43,150 bases of DNA, from positions 1 to 43,150 of the IMG/VR virus record IMGVR_UViG_3300012940_000013. One strand, written 5' to 3'. Made by a program: the position numbers and the translations under genes. Positions 19,682-27,254 of the stretch are shown piece by piece; positions within the stretch are counted from its first letter, which is position 1, and every line of letters begins with the position of its first letter. The notes beneath the pieces are model-generated. The model was not told the origin of the DNA. It did not search any database and saw only the letters and a list, made by a program, of their open reading frames with translations. Source of the DNA: a virus. Taxonomy: Duplodnaviria; Caudoviricetes.

Positions 19682-21361
19682 TCAGGCCGGCGCCCCCGTC
19701 AAACCCTGGGCGATACGCGTCAGCGCGTTGTCGCTCGCGGTGTCGGTTTTCGACAACAGTTCCGCGCCCTGGGCGGCCGCCATGCCCATTTGCATGGCCT
19801 GCTGCGCAGCGACCTGCTGCGCACGCTGCTCGCGCACCGCGTTCGCCTCGTCGAGCGGCACCACCAGTTTCGGGGGCGCGCCAACGATCTCGGCATAAGT
19901 GTCGATCGCCTCGTCGACGTCGTAACGATCCAGCACGTCGGGCTTGACCGCGGCCAGGTTGCCGACAAACGACGTGAACCGCTCGATCGACGCGGCGCCC
20001 ACCAGCTTCTGCGCCTGGGCGATGATCGACGTGTATTCCACCTTGAGCGGCATGCCCTGCAGTTCCTCGGGCGGGGGCGGCAGCATGCCACGGCGCAGCA
20101 TGATCTCGAATACCCGGTCGATCGTGGGCTCGAGCGCTTCGTCGTTCATGCGCTCGAGCACCGGGCCGAGCATGAGCAGCTTTTCCTCATGACGCTCGGC
20201 GATCTCCTCAGCCGTCCTCGGCTGCACGCCGGGCATGTTTGTCATCATGAGGAACAGGTCGGCAAAGAACGCCCGATTGATCCGCTGCTCGATGGCCTGG
20301 ATATCGGCCATGAGCTCGTTGATCCGCGGGTCGATCTGATAGGCCGGCGTGAATCCCTGCTGGCCCTGGTTGACGTCGACGTAGTTGATGTCGCCCGGCA
20401 GGATCGACGCGCGCCGGTTGCGCATCGAGCTCGGCGCATTCATGGGCGGGCGCACCAGCTTGTCGATCGCCTCGGCCTTGCGCTTTTCCTCGAGCTGCAG
20501 CTGCTTGACGTCGCCGAGCGCCACCATGCCAGGCGACGAGCCGTAAACGTCCTCGCCGACGACGTCCCACCGCGGGGCGATGATCGGGAACGTGTCAAAG
20601 CCAGACTCAGACAGTAGCCGGTCCCGCTCGTTCGTGTCCTTTTCATAGTAGATCGATGCGTAGCGCTTGAACCGCGCATCGAGCTTCGAGCCGTCGTAAT
20701 TGACGTTTGGCTCGATCACGTGCACGACGTCGATCCAGGTGTTGTAGTCGCCACGGTCCAGCAAGTTCTGCACGCGCGTCGAGCAGTTTTCCTTGCCGAA
20801 GAAGTCGGCCATCTGGCGCGTGGTCATCGAGAATTCGCGCACGCAGGTATCGATCTGCAGCCGGGACGAGTTCGCGAGCATGTACGAGCCGATCGGGAAC
20901 GTGTAGCACCGTATGACGTCCTCGTCGTCCTCGAGGATCGCCATGGCATGCGTGCCATACAGGCCGATGTCGTGATAGAGCACCGGCATCGCGTTGTAGA
21001 AATTGGACTTGCTCAGCACCGTGCGCATGCGCTGCGTGACGTCGTAGAGCCATTCCTTGACCGGCGCAAATTCGTTGAGATCAGGGTCGGGCGTCTGCAG
21101 CATGAACCAGGGGCGCGCCGGCGACGTGATGCCGCCCATCATGCCCGAGCGCAGGATGTTGAGCGCGAAGGTCGCCGTCGAGTTGATGATCTTCTGGTTG
21201 CGCTTTTCGCCCTTGTTTCGGTCGGTCGTCAGGAACCGGGCCGAGCGAGGCGAGATATATTCGTTCAGCTCGCGCCAGTGCGAGATGAACGATTGCCGCT
21301 CGAGGTCGAGCTGCGCCCGCCGCTGTTCCAAGCGCTGTCGCAGGGTCAGATAGTCGCTCAT
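19682..21361 (-). CDS. Portal (head-tail connector)
   Basis: SGMMGGITSPARPWF..PRWDVVGEDVYGSSPG..TAEEIAERHEEKLLMLGPVLER. Confidence 0.93.
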   Translation of the reverse strand: MSDYLTLRQRLEQRRAQLDLERQSFISHWRELNEYISPRSARFLTTDRNKGEKRNQKIINSTATFALNILRSGMMGGITSPARPWFMLQTPDPDLNEFAPVKEWLYDVTQRMRTVLSKSNFYNAMPVLYHDIGLYGTHAMAILEDDEDVIRCYTFPIGSYMLANSSRLQIDTCVREFSMTTRQMADFFGKENCSTRVQNLLDRGDYNTWIDVVHVIEPNVNYDGSKLDARFKRYASIYYEKDTNERDRLLSESGFDTFPIIAPRWDVVGEDVYGSSPGMVALGDVKQLQLEEKRKAEAIDKLVRPPMNAPSSMRNRRASILPGDINYVDVNQGQQGFTPAYQIDPRINELMADIQAIEQRINRAFFADLFLMMTNMPGVQPRTAEEIAERHEEKLLMLGPVLERMNDEALEPTIDRVFEIMLRRGMLPPPPEELQGMPLKVEYTSIIAQAQKLVGAASIERFTSFVGNLAAVKPDVLDRYDVDEAIDTYAEIVGAPPKLVVPLDEANAVREQRAQQVAAQQAMQMGMAAAQGAELLSKTDTASDNALTRIAQGLTGAPA

Positions 21362-21378
21362 TCGCTATGGCCCAAATG

Positions 21379-21600
21379 TCAGGCCCCAAGCAAGGTCTTT
21401 TGCCCGGTCGGGGCTTGCGTCGTGTCGCCCAACGCACCCGTCAAGATCGTCGAGCGCATGCCCTGCGCCAGCGCGATCCTGCGCCGCTCGCGATCCCGCG
21501 ACTTCACGACTTCCGCATCGTCGACAGTGGGAGTCGGCGCCGGCGGGGGCGGGGGCGGGGGCGGGTCAGGCATCCTGGGGCGAGAAGATCCCACACACAT
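21379..21600 (-). CDS. Small Pro-rich virion protein upstream of the portal
   Basis: MCVGSS..PPPPPPP..GMRSTILTG..KTLLG, typical of podovirus pre-portal proteins. Confidence 0.75.
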   Translation of the reverse strand: MCVGSSRPRMPDPPPPPPPPAPTPTVDDAEVVKSRDRERRRIALAQGMRSTILTGALGDTTQAPTGQKTLLGA

Positions 21601-21608
21601 AACGGCAC

Positions 21609-21923
21609 CTATGCGATCAGAACAGCGTAGAACCAAGACAGGTAGGACAATGCGCACAAGACGATTGACGCCATCATCAGCGTGTGCGACCGGCGCAGCA
21701 TCGTCCGGTGGTCATATCCTGCCCGGTAGGACAGGACGTTGAACGTCTCGGCGCAGTACGCGCAGCCGAGCGTCAGCGCGCCGAGCAGAATGCCGATCAC
21801 GGCCGGGCCGCGTGGCCCACCCAGGCCGGCGCGCCAGGCGATGATGTTGAGCACGATAGCCAGGATGACGAGCGCCCACCCCAGGCAAGCGCCGTTAAGG
21901 GATCGGTTGTAGTCCATGCACAC
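21609..21923 (-). CDS. Hypothetical membrane protein (about 3 TM)
   Basis: Three hydrophobic segments; packed in the operon. Confidence 0.6.
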   Translation of the reverse strand: MCMDYNRSLNGACLGWALVILAIVLNIIAWRAGLGGPRGPAVIGILLGALTLGCAYCAETFNVLSYRAGYDHRTMLRRSHTLMMASIVLCALSYLSWFYAVLIA

Positions 21924-21925
21924 CC

Positions 21926-22288
21926 CTACGGATCGATGGCGTCGGCAAGCGCCTGGAGCGCCTGCTGCGCATTGCCGCCTGCGAAGTTGATGTTGCCGCC
22001 CGCCGACTGGAACGCCTCGACCGAAACGTCAGTCGCCGCCGGCAGCCAGTTACCGGCCTTTGCCGTCACCGCACTCGTGCCAATGGTCGGCGGGAATGTC
22101 GCCGGCTTGTCGGCAATGTCATTCCAAGACACCGAACTGCCGCCCGTGAAGTCCGGATCAGGCGTGGTGCCGGGGTCGATGAGCTCGCCATTCAGGCGCC
22201 GCTCCTTCCCGTTCTCGTCCACATAGCCAACGATGCGGCCCTGGTCGTCGATCAGAAGGGGCACGCCGGGCTTGATTCGTGTCGTCAT
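21926..22288 (-). CDS. Hypothetical protein with fibre-like motif
   Basis: VSWNDIADKPATFPP motif of the kind seen in phage head/tail fibres; GAGG RBS. Confidence 0.6.
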   Translation of the reverse strand: MTTRIKPGVPLLIDDQGRIVGYVDENGKERRLNGELIDPGTTPDPDFTGGSSVSWNDIADKPATFPPTIGTSAVTAKAGNWLPAATDVSVEAFQSAGGNINFAGGNAQQALQALADAIDP

Positions 22289-22333
22289 GGCCTGGCCTCG
22301 ATTAGGTTTTGGCTATCAGGTTGGATATTACCA

Positions 22334-23857
22334 TCAAGCGAATTCATAGGGGTCATATTCCGCCGCGATCTTTCCGTCGCCGCTGGCGCGCCCCGTCGCC
22401 TCGATCTCGTCGCGCAGTCGTTCATCGGCCGACCGCGGGCCGACCGGCCAGGCGAATGTGAGCGCCAGCGCATCGGCCAAGTCGGGCGACTCGCCGATCT
22501 CCTCGCGGATCTCATCCTTTTCGGCTAGACGGAAGCGGTCGCCCTGGAATCGGTAGGTGAGCGCGCACAGCTCGATCTCGAGATCCGGGATCTCCGGCAG
22601 CGCCCCGCCGTCCTTGACCCAACGCGCCATCTCGAACACCATCTCGCTACGCTTGTTGAAGTAGCGCGGATCGGTCGCCTTCGCGGCGAACTGCACTTCG
22701 TGCACGACGTAACCCAGCGAGCGCAGCCGGTCGATGACGCCGGCCCCGTAACCGCCCGTGCCGTCGACAAAGATGGCGTCCGCCCCCCACCGATCGGCAG
22801 CCTGCGCGACGATCGCCGCCACCTGCATTGTGTCGGGAATACGCAACACTTTGGGCTTGAAAGCGACCAGGCCCTGGCGCGGGAAAATGACAGTGCGGTC
22901 CGTGCCCTGGCGCGCGACGTCAACGCCCAGGATCTTCGCCGCCCAGTCGTACTGCTCCGGCCGGTATTGGCGCTTAGTCGCGCGCTCGTAGTCCTCTGGG
23001 CCGAGCAGGGCGTTGGCCGCCACCTCTGGGAACACGCCACGCACGCGCACGCGCACGAAGTCGCTGTCCTCGCCGTAGTCGTCGACCCACTTCTGCAGCT
23101 GCGCCTTGTTGGTCATCTTGACCGTGCGGCTGTCGATCTGGCGCGTGTACCAGCGGTGCCGGAAGCGCCGGAAGCAGTCACGGAAGCGCCCGACGTTGCG
23201 GGTCGGGTTGCCGAACGCGCACCAAATGATCTCGGTGCCCTCGTCGGTCAGCGCCCCCTCGGACACTTCCCAGATGGTGTCCGGGATGGCCGAGGCCTCG
23301 TCGAAGATGAGCAGGATGCGCTTGCCCTTGTTGTGCAGACCGGCGAATGCCTCGGTGTTGCGCTCGGACCACGGCACCATGTCGATGCGCCAGGTCTTTT
23401 CGTGGTCCGGGTCCTTGGAGAACAGCGCGGTAGCCGTGAATTCGAACCAATCGCGCGTGATGCACAGGCGATGCCACTTGGCGAGCTCGGCCCAGGTCTT
23501 GGTCTTGAGCTGGTTCTCGGTGTTGGCCGTGACAACGCCCTTGGTGTCCTCGAACGTCGAGATCGCCCACAGAATGATCCAGGACACCAGCGCCGACTTG
23601 CCGATCCCGTGGCCACTGGCCACCGCCACCTGGATCGCGTCGGTCGCGGCGAATCCCACACTTTCGCCGGCGCGCAAGCGCTCGCCCATATGCCCGAGGA
23701 TGTCGCGCTGCCAGTCGTCCGGCCCGTCGAATCCCGCCAGCTCGCCCTTGGCCTCGCCCCAGTCGAAGGCATACAGCACGAATCCCAACGGGTCATGCCG
23801 GAAGCCGACCATGTCCTCGATCAGCGCGTCCTCGATCTCACGGCGCGGGTCAGTCAT
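22334..23857 (-). CDS. terL: Terminase large subunit
   Basis: Walker A VASGHGIGKS, Walker B IFDEAS, RNase H-like GVDVAR..DLADALALTF. Confidence 0.95.
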   Translation of the reverse strand: MTDPRREIEDALIEDMVGFRHDPLGFVLYAFDWGEAKGELAGFDGPDDWQRDILGHMGERLRAGESVGFAATDAIQVAVASGHGIGKSALVSWIILWAISTFEDTKGVVTANTENQLKTKTWAELAKWHRLCITRDWFEFTATALFSKDPDHEKTWRIDMVPWSERNTEAFAGLHNKGKRILLIFDEASAIPDTIWEVSEGALTDEGTEIIWCAFGNPTRNVGRFRDCFRRFRHRWYTRQIDSRTVKMTNKAQLQKWVDDYGEDSDFVRVRVRGVFPEVAANALLGPEDYERATKRQYRPEQYDWAAKILGVDVARQGTDRTVIFPRQGLVAFKPKVLRIPDTMQVAAIVAQAADRWGADAIFVDGTGGYGAGVIDRLRSLGYVVHEVQFAAKATDPRYFNKRSEMVFEMARWVKDGGALPEIPDLEIELCALTYRFQGDRFRLAEKDEIREEIGESPDLADALALTFAWPVGPRSADERLRDEIEATGRASGDGKIAAEYDPYEFA

Positions 23858-24408
23858 TCCGTCTTTTCGCCCTTCACGCGCTTGCGCGCCTTGTCCATCC
23901 GGGCAGCGAGCCCGGACTCGTCCTTGATCTCGACGACGTCCGTGAACAATTTCAGATGCCGGCCCAGCATCTCAAGGCTGCGCTCCTTGGCGAACTTGAG
24001 CGTGAAGTTGCCGTTGCGGTCCCAGCCCCATCCCACGATGGCGCGCCGGGCATCTTCGGGCAGGCGTGCCACGTCCGCCGGGCAGGTGACGCCCTCGTAG
24101 ACCTTGGGGTCGACGTTGGCCATGCGCGTGATCTCGAGCAGCGTGCGATGCACATCCCACTTGAGATCCGAGACCATCTCCATGGTCTTCGCGTCGATCG
24201 CCGCCTGCACTGAAGTTTTCTTAAGAAGCTGGTGACCTATCTGCTCTGCCGTTTTCGCGCTGTAACCGGCCTGAATCGCCGCCTGGGTCGCGTTTCGGCT
24301 CGTCAGGTAGTAGGCCACGAACATCTGCTGCCGTGGCGTCAGCGGCCGTTCTCGTGGCTCCTGCGATACGTCCTCGAATTTCATGGCTTTGGCTCGCTTT
24401 GCGCTCAT
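23854..24408 (-). CDS. terS: Terminase small subunit
   Basis: LTPRQQMFVAYYL..NATQAAIQAGYSAKTAEQIGHQLL (Terminase_2 pattern); start uncertain (24408 or 24384). Confidence 0.9.
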   Translation of the reverse strand: MSAKRAKAMKFEDVSQEPRERPLTPRQQMFVAYYLTSRNATQAAIQAGYSAKTAEQIGHQLLKKTSVQAAIDAKTMEMVSDLKWDVHRTLLEITRMANVDPKVYEGVTCPADVARLPEDARRAIVGWGWDRNGNFTLKFAKERSLEMLGRHLKLFTDVVEIKDESGLAARMDKARKRVKGEKTE

Positions 24409-24415
24409 GCCACCA

Positions 24416-24883
24416 TTATCCGGTTTTCTCATCAGCCTGAGCAAGCGCGCGCACGCGGAGCTCGATCCGCCCGCCCTTGACCGGGTCTCCCCAGGCGATG
24501 AGCTCGCGCCGGATGACACGGTTGGAATCGTCGACCCAGAGCCCCGCCGCGGTCAGCGCGTCGGCCAGAGTCTTGCGCACGTTGTCACAGTCACGGGCTC
24601 TCCGATCAGGCGGATGCATGTGCCACTCGACGGCAAGCGGCCCCTCGAGATGGCGCTTGGCGCCCTGCGTGGCGACCGCCATGTTGACGTGCGCCCGGTA
24701 GCGCTTGGCTGCGTCAGTCAGGTAGTGCGCGCCGCGCCCATGCTTGACGGCATGATTGCCGGTCGCGCCGGCTGGCGGGTAGGGGAGGATGAGAGAGATT
24801 GGCGTCATATGCACAGCGCGATGGTTTTTCATCGTCGCTGCAATCGTCGGGTCAAGTATCGTTCCGCGTTCCATCGCCGTCAA
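24416..24883 (-). CDS. rusA: RusA-family Holliday junction resolvase
   Basis: PPDRRARDCDNVRKTLADALTAAGLWVDDS; true start is probably downstream of 24883. Confidence 0.9.
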   Translation of the reverse strand: MTAMERGTILDPTIAATMKNHRAVHMTPISLILPYPPAGATGNHAVKHGRGAHYLTDAAKRYRAHVNMAVATQGAKRHLEGPLAVEWHMHPPDRRARDCDNVRKTLADALTAAGLWVDDSNRVIRRELIAWGDPVKGGRIELRVRALAQADEKTG

Positions 24884-25053
24884 CGGGGGCGGCCCTTAAA
24901 GGCCGGCCCCCACGGCTGGAACGGCCCAGGAATCATCGTTCCAAACAGCCGGAACGATTTTCATGCGAGAAATCAATAACTTACATCCAGCGTTCCAGCC
25001 CATTCCAAGCGTTTGGAACGCAGCGTTCCAGAGCGTTCCACTTACATGGAACG
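24860..25053. repeat. Iteron-like CGTTCC/GGAACG repeat cluster with IHF site; candidate replication origin
   Basis: Ten CGTTCC hexamers in both orientations, AATCAATAACTTA at 24971-24983 matching WATCAANNNNTTR, and an adjacent AT-rich tract. Confidence 0.65.
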
Positions 25054-25139
25054 ACAACTTTTACACTTCATTTACAAAAAACTTGTTGGCAGTTGCATAA
25101 AAGCAACGATTTAGCAGGGCTGATTAGGGTTTATCCTAA

Positions 25140-25158
25140 TGTTGATTTTTGCTCAACG
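25140..25158. promoter_or_regulatory. 19-bp operator (TGTTGAT-N5-CTCAACG) at the micro-gene cassette promoter
   Basis: Matches the genome-wide palindrome; TATGAT at 25162-25167. Confidence 0.65.
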
Positions 25159-25195
25159 CGATATGATGACGCCATCGACAACGCAGCACGAAACA

Positions 25196-25237
25196 GGAGA
25201 AATGAACATGACTTTCGGAGAAATGAACATGACTTTC
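25196..25237 (+). repeat. 21-bp perfect tandem duplication of RBS plus start
   Basis: GGAGAAATGAACATGACTTTC x2. Confidence 0.95.
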
Positions 25238-25375
25238 GAGGCCAACGGAAAAGCGTGGAGGACGGACGCCGAAACCCTGGCGCTGATGGTCGAGTACCGG
25301 GACGCCGGAAACACTGAAATGGTCGCGGCCGTGTTTGAAATCGGCAAGTCGTTCGGCCGTATCGTTGCCGCCTAA
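25202..25375 (+). CDS. Small hypothetical protein (cassette gene 1)
   Basis: AGGAGA RBS; MNMTFGEMNMTFEANGKAWRTDAETL.. Confidence 0.7.
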   Translation: MNMTFGEMNMTFEANGKAWRTDAETLALMVEYRDAGNTEMVAAVFEIGKSFGRIVAA

Positions 25376-25420
25376 CACCCCCGCCCCGCTTCAGCGGGGC
25401 ACATACCGGAGGAAACCACC

Positions 25421-25594
25421 ATGACCATGACCATCACCATCACCGAGCGTGAAATCGAAGCCCTGCGCGACGAAGCTGGCGCCCACGGCGACCTGGAGCA
25501 GGTCAAGATTTGCGAGCGTGCCCTGGCCGGGAGCAAGCGTGCCTGGCGTGAATGCCAGCGCGTCATCGCCGACGCCCGCGCGATGGCCGACTAA
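25421..25594 (+). CDS. Small hypothetical protein (cassette gene 2, 57 aa)
   Basis: GGAGGAAACC RBS; MTMTITITEREIEALRDEAGAHGDLEQVKICERALAG..; below the ORF-track cutoff. Confidence 0.75.
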   Translation: MTMTITITEREIEALRDEAGAHGDLEQVKICERALAGSKRAWRECQRVIADARAMAD

Positions 25595-25641
25595 GACGAG
25601 CCCGCCCGGCGAAAGCCGGGCACCTACCGGAGGAAACCGAC

Positions 25642-25848
25642 ATGAACAAAGCCCGCACCGTTACCGCCGCATCCGAAGTCCGCCCCGGCGACATCCTGCA
25701 TATCAGCGACTACGAAAATCACGCGGTCGAGCGCGTCGAACCATTCAAGTGCGGCGACGGTGAACAGGCTTTTCAATATCACCTTGCGAACGGCTGCCGC
25801 ACCTGGAACCGCGCAAGCGATAGCGTTTACGTCACCCGCGCAGTCTAA
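25642..25848 (+). CDS. Small hypothetical protein (cassette gene 3, 68 aa)
   Basis: GGAGGAAACC RBS; MNKARTVTAASEVRPGDILHI.. (SH3/KOW-like beta pattern). Confidence 0.75.
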   Translation: MNKARTVTAASEVRPGDILHISDYENHAVERVEPFKCGDGEQAFQYHLANGCRTWNRASDSVYVTRAV

Positions 25849-25890
25849 CAACCCCGCCCCGCTTCGGCGGGGCATAACGGAGGAACCAAC

Positions 25891-26064
25891 ATGATCACCA
25901 TCATGACCGGCCCAATCGCCCTCGCCCGCAAGCAGGCCATCCGCCGCCGCGCAATGAAACGGCTGCTACGGGCACATGGCGTGCCGATTAGCGACTATGC
26001 GATGTACAACGAGTCGGCCCTACGGAAGCTGGTGCGTGATAGGATCATCATCAACCATGACTGA
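25891..26064 (+). CDS. Small basic hypothetical protein (cassette gene 4, 57 aa)
   Basis: GGAGGAACC RBS; MITIMTGPIALARKQAIRRRAMKRLLRAHG.. Confidence 0.65.
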   Translation: MITIMTGPIALARKQAIRRRAMKRLLRAHGVPISDYAMYNESALRKLVRDRIIINHD

Positions 26065-26088
26065 CTGCTGAGCGATAACCACGCCTAA

Positions 26089-26119
26089 CAACCCCGCCCG
26101 CCTCGGCGGGGTTTTTGTT
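26089..26119 (+). terminator. Rho-independent terminator closing the cassette
   Basis: ACCCCGCC-CGCCTC-GGCGGGGT followed by TTTTGTT. Confidence 0.8.
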
Positions 26120-26140
26120 ATTCGTCGTCCTTGTCTTGGA

Positions 26141-26159
26141 TGATGAGAAAAGCTCATCA
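26141..26159. promoter_or_regulatory. 19-bp operator, perfect palindrome
   Basis: TGATGAG-AAAAG-CTCATCA. Confidence 0.65.
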
Positions 26160-27254
26160 AAACAGGCAAATTTGCCGCGGGTCGTGTGCCACGGATTGCC
26201 CGCGCTCGCGCCTGGTCGGGCGCTTTTCTTCCTTCGGCATGGCGGCCGCGATGCGTGCGCGCGCAATCTCGACGTATTCCTCGGAAAGCTCGATGCCGAC
26301 GAATCGGAACCCCTCAAGCATCGCAGCCTTGCCGGTGGAACCGGACCCCATGAACGGGTCCAGCACCAGCCCGCCGGGTGGCGTCACCAGGCGGCACAGG
26401 TAGCGCATCAGGTCGGTGGGTTTGACGGTGGGGTGGTTGTTGCCGTCGCCGCGATCCCGCTTGCTGGCCTTGGCGCAGTAGAAATACCGCGCCCATTTTT
26501 CGGTTAGGCCGTCGTGGATCACGTTGGCGGGCCAGCGGCCTGCGTTCAGTTCCACGATTTCATGGCCTGTGCGCCAGCCGCTTGCTGCATAGGGGGCCTG
26601 CCCGCTGCGAGTTGTTCCGCCCTCCGTGCCCACCCTGCACCCGTCAATATTCAGCGCCCCGGTCCCATGCGCCAGCACGTTTGCGGCCACGGTTCCGACA
26701 AGCGGTTTTCGGGCGACCACGATAGGCTCATGCGCGGGCTTCAGCGCAGTGCCCCAGCCTTGCCACTGGCGGGCGGAGTCGGTGGCGGGCGCAGTGACTG
26801 TAGCTGATTCTGATCCGCCAAGCGTTGCACCCCATTTCTGAGCGTGCTGATACTCCGCTCGCGGGCGACGGCTGGCATAGGCATTCTGCCCCACAACCTC
26901 GCGTACCGCGCCAGCCGCCTTATCAATCGCTTTACTCACGTCCAGGGATTTCGGAAACCCGGAACCATACAGCCACATGATTTGATCGCGGATTTCAAAC
27001 CCCGCATCCTCGATTGCGCAAGCCATGCGGTGATAGGTGCGACTGCCGGAAAACGCCAGCAGGTGGCCGCCAGGCTTGAGAACGCGCAGCGCCTCGCGCC
27101 ACATTTCCACGTTGTTGGCGATGCCGGATTTATCCCAGCCCTTGCCCATAAAACCCAGTTCATACGGCGGGTCGGTGACGATGCTGTCCACACTTGCATC
27201 GGCCATTCCGCGCATAACTTCCAGGCAATCGTCACAGAAAAGTTCAAATCTCAC
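26157..27254 (-). CDS. DNA methyltransferase (N4-C/N6-A, beta class), orphan
   Basis: IVTDPPY precedes HPTVKP..VLDPFMGSGST; GTG start overlaps the primase stop; no cognate REase nearby. Confidence 0.92.
   Translation of the reverse strand: MRFELFCDDCLEVMRGMADASVDSIVTDPPYELGFMGKGWDKSGIANNVEMWREALRVLKPGGHLLAFSGSRTYHRMACAIEDAGFEIRDQIMWLYGSGFPKSLDVSKAIDKAAGAVREVVGQNAYASRRPRAEYQHAQKWGATLGGSESATVTAPATDSARQWQGWGTALKPAHEPIVVARKPLVGTVAANVLAHGTGALNIDGCRVGTEGGTTRSGQAPYAASGWRTGHEIVELNAGRWPANVIHDGLTEKWARYFYCAKASKRDRGDGNNHPTVKPTDLMRYLCRLVTPPGGLVLDPFMGSGSTGKAAMLEGFRFVGIELSEEYVEIARARIAAAMPKEEKRPTRRERGQSVAHDPRQICLF

Noticed and set aside
21536-21566. G-rich repeat (GGGGGC)n as a G-quadruplex or regulatory repeat
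   Set aside because: Explained by a poly-proline codon run on the minus strand.
1356-24100. Long plus-strand ORFs (e.g. 1356..2960, 4128..6458, 9803..11716, 13480..15198, 17880..19340, 22700..24100)
   Set aside because: Antisense shadows of clear minus-strand structural genes in high-GC DNA, with no recognisable motifs.
25373-26119. CRISPR-like array from the repeated hairpin linkers
   Set aside because: The spacers are ~170-210-bp ORFs with RBSs and the repeats are degenerate, so this is a gene cassette rather than CRISPR.
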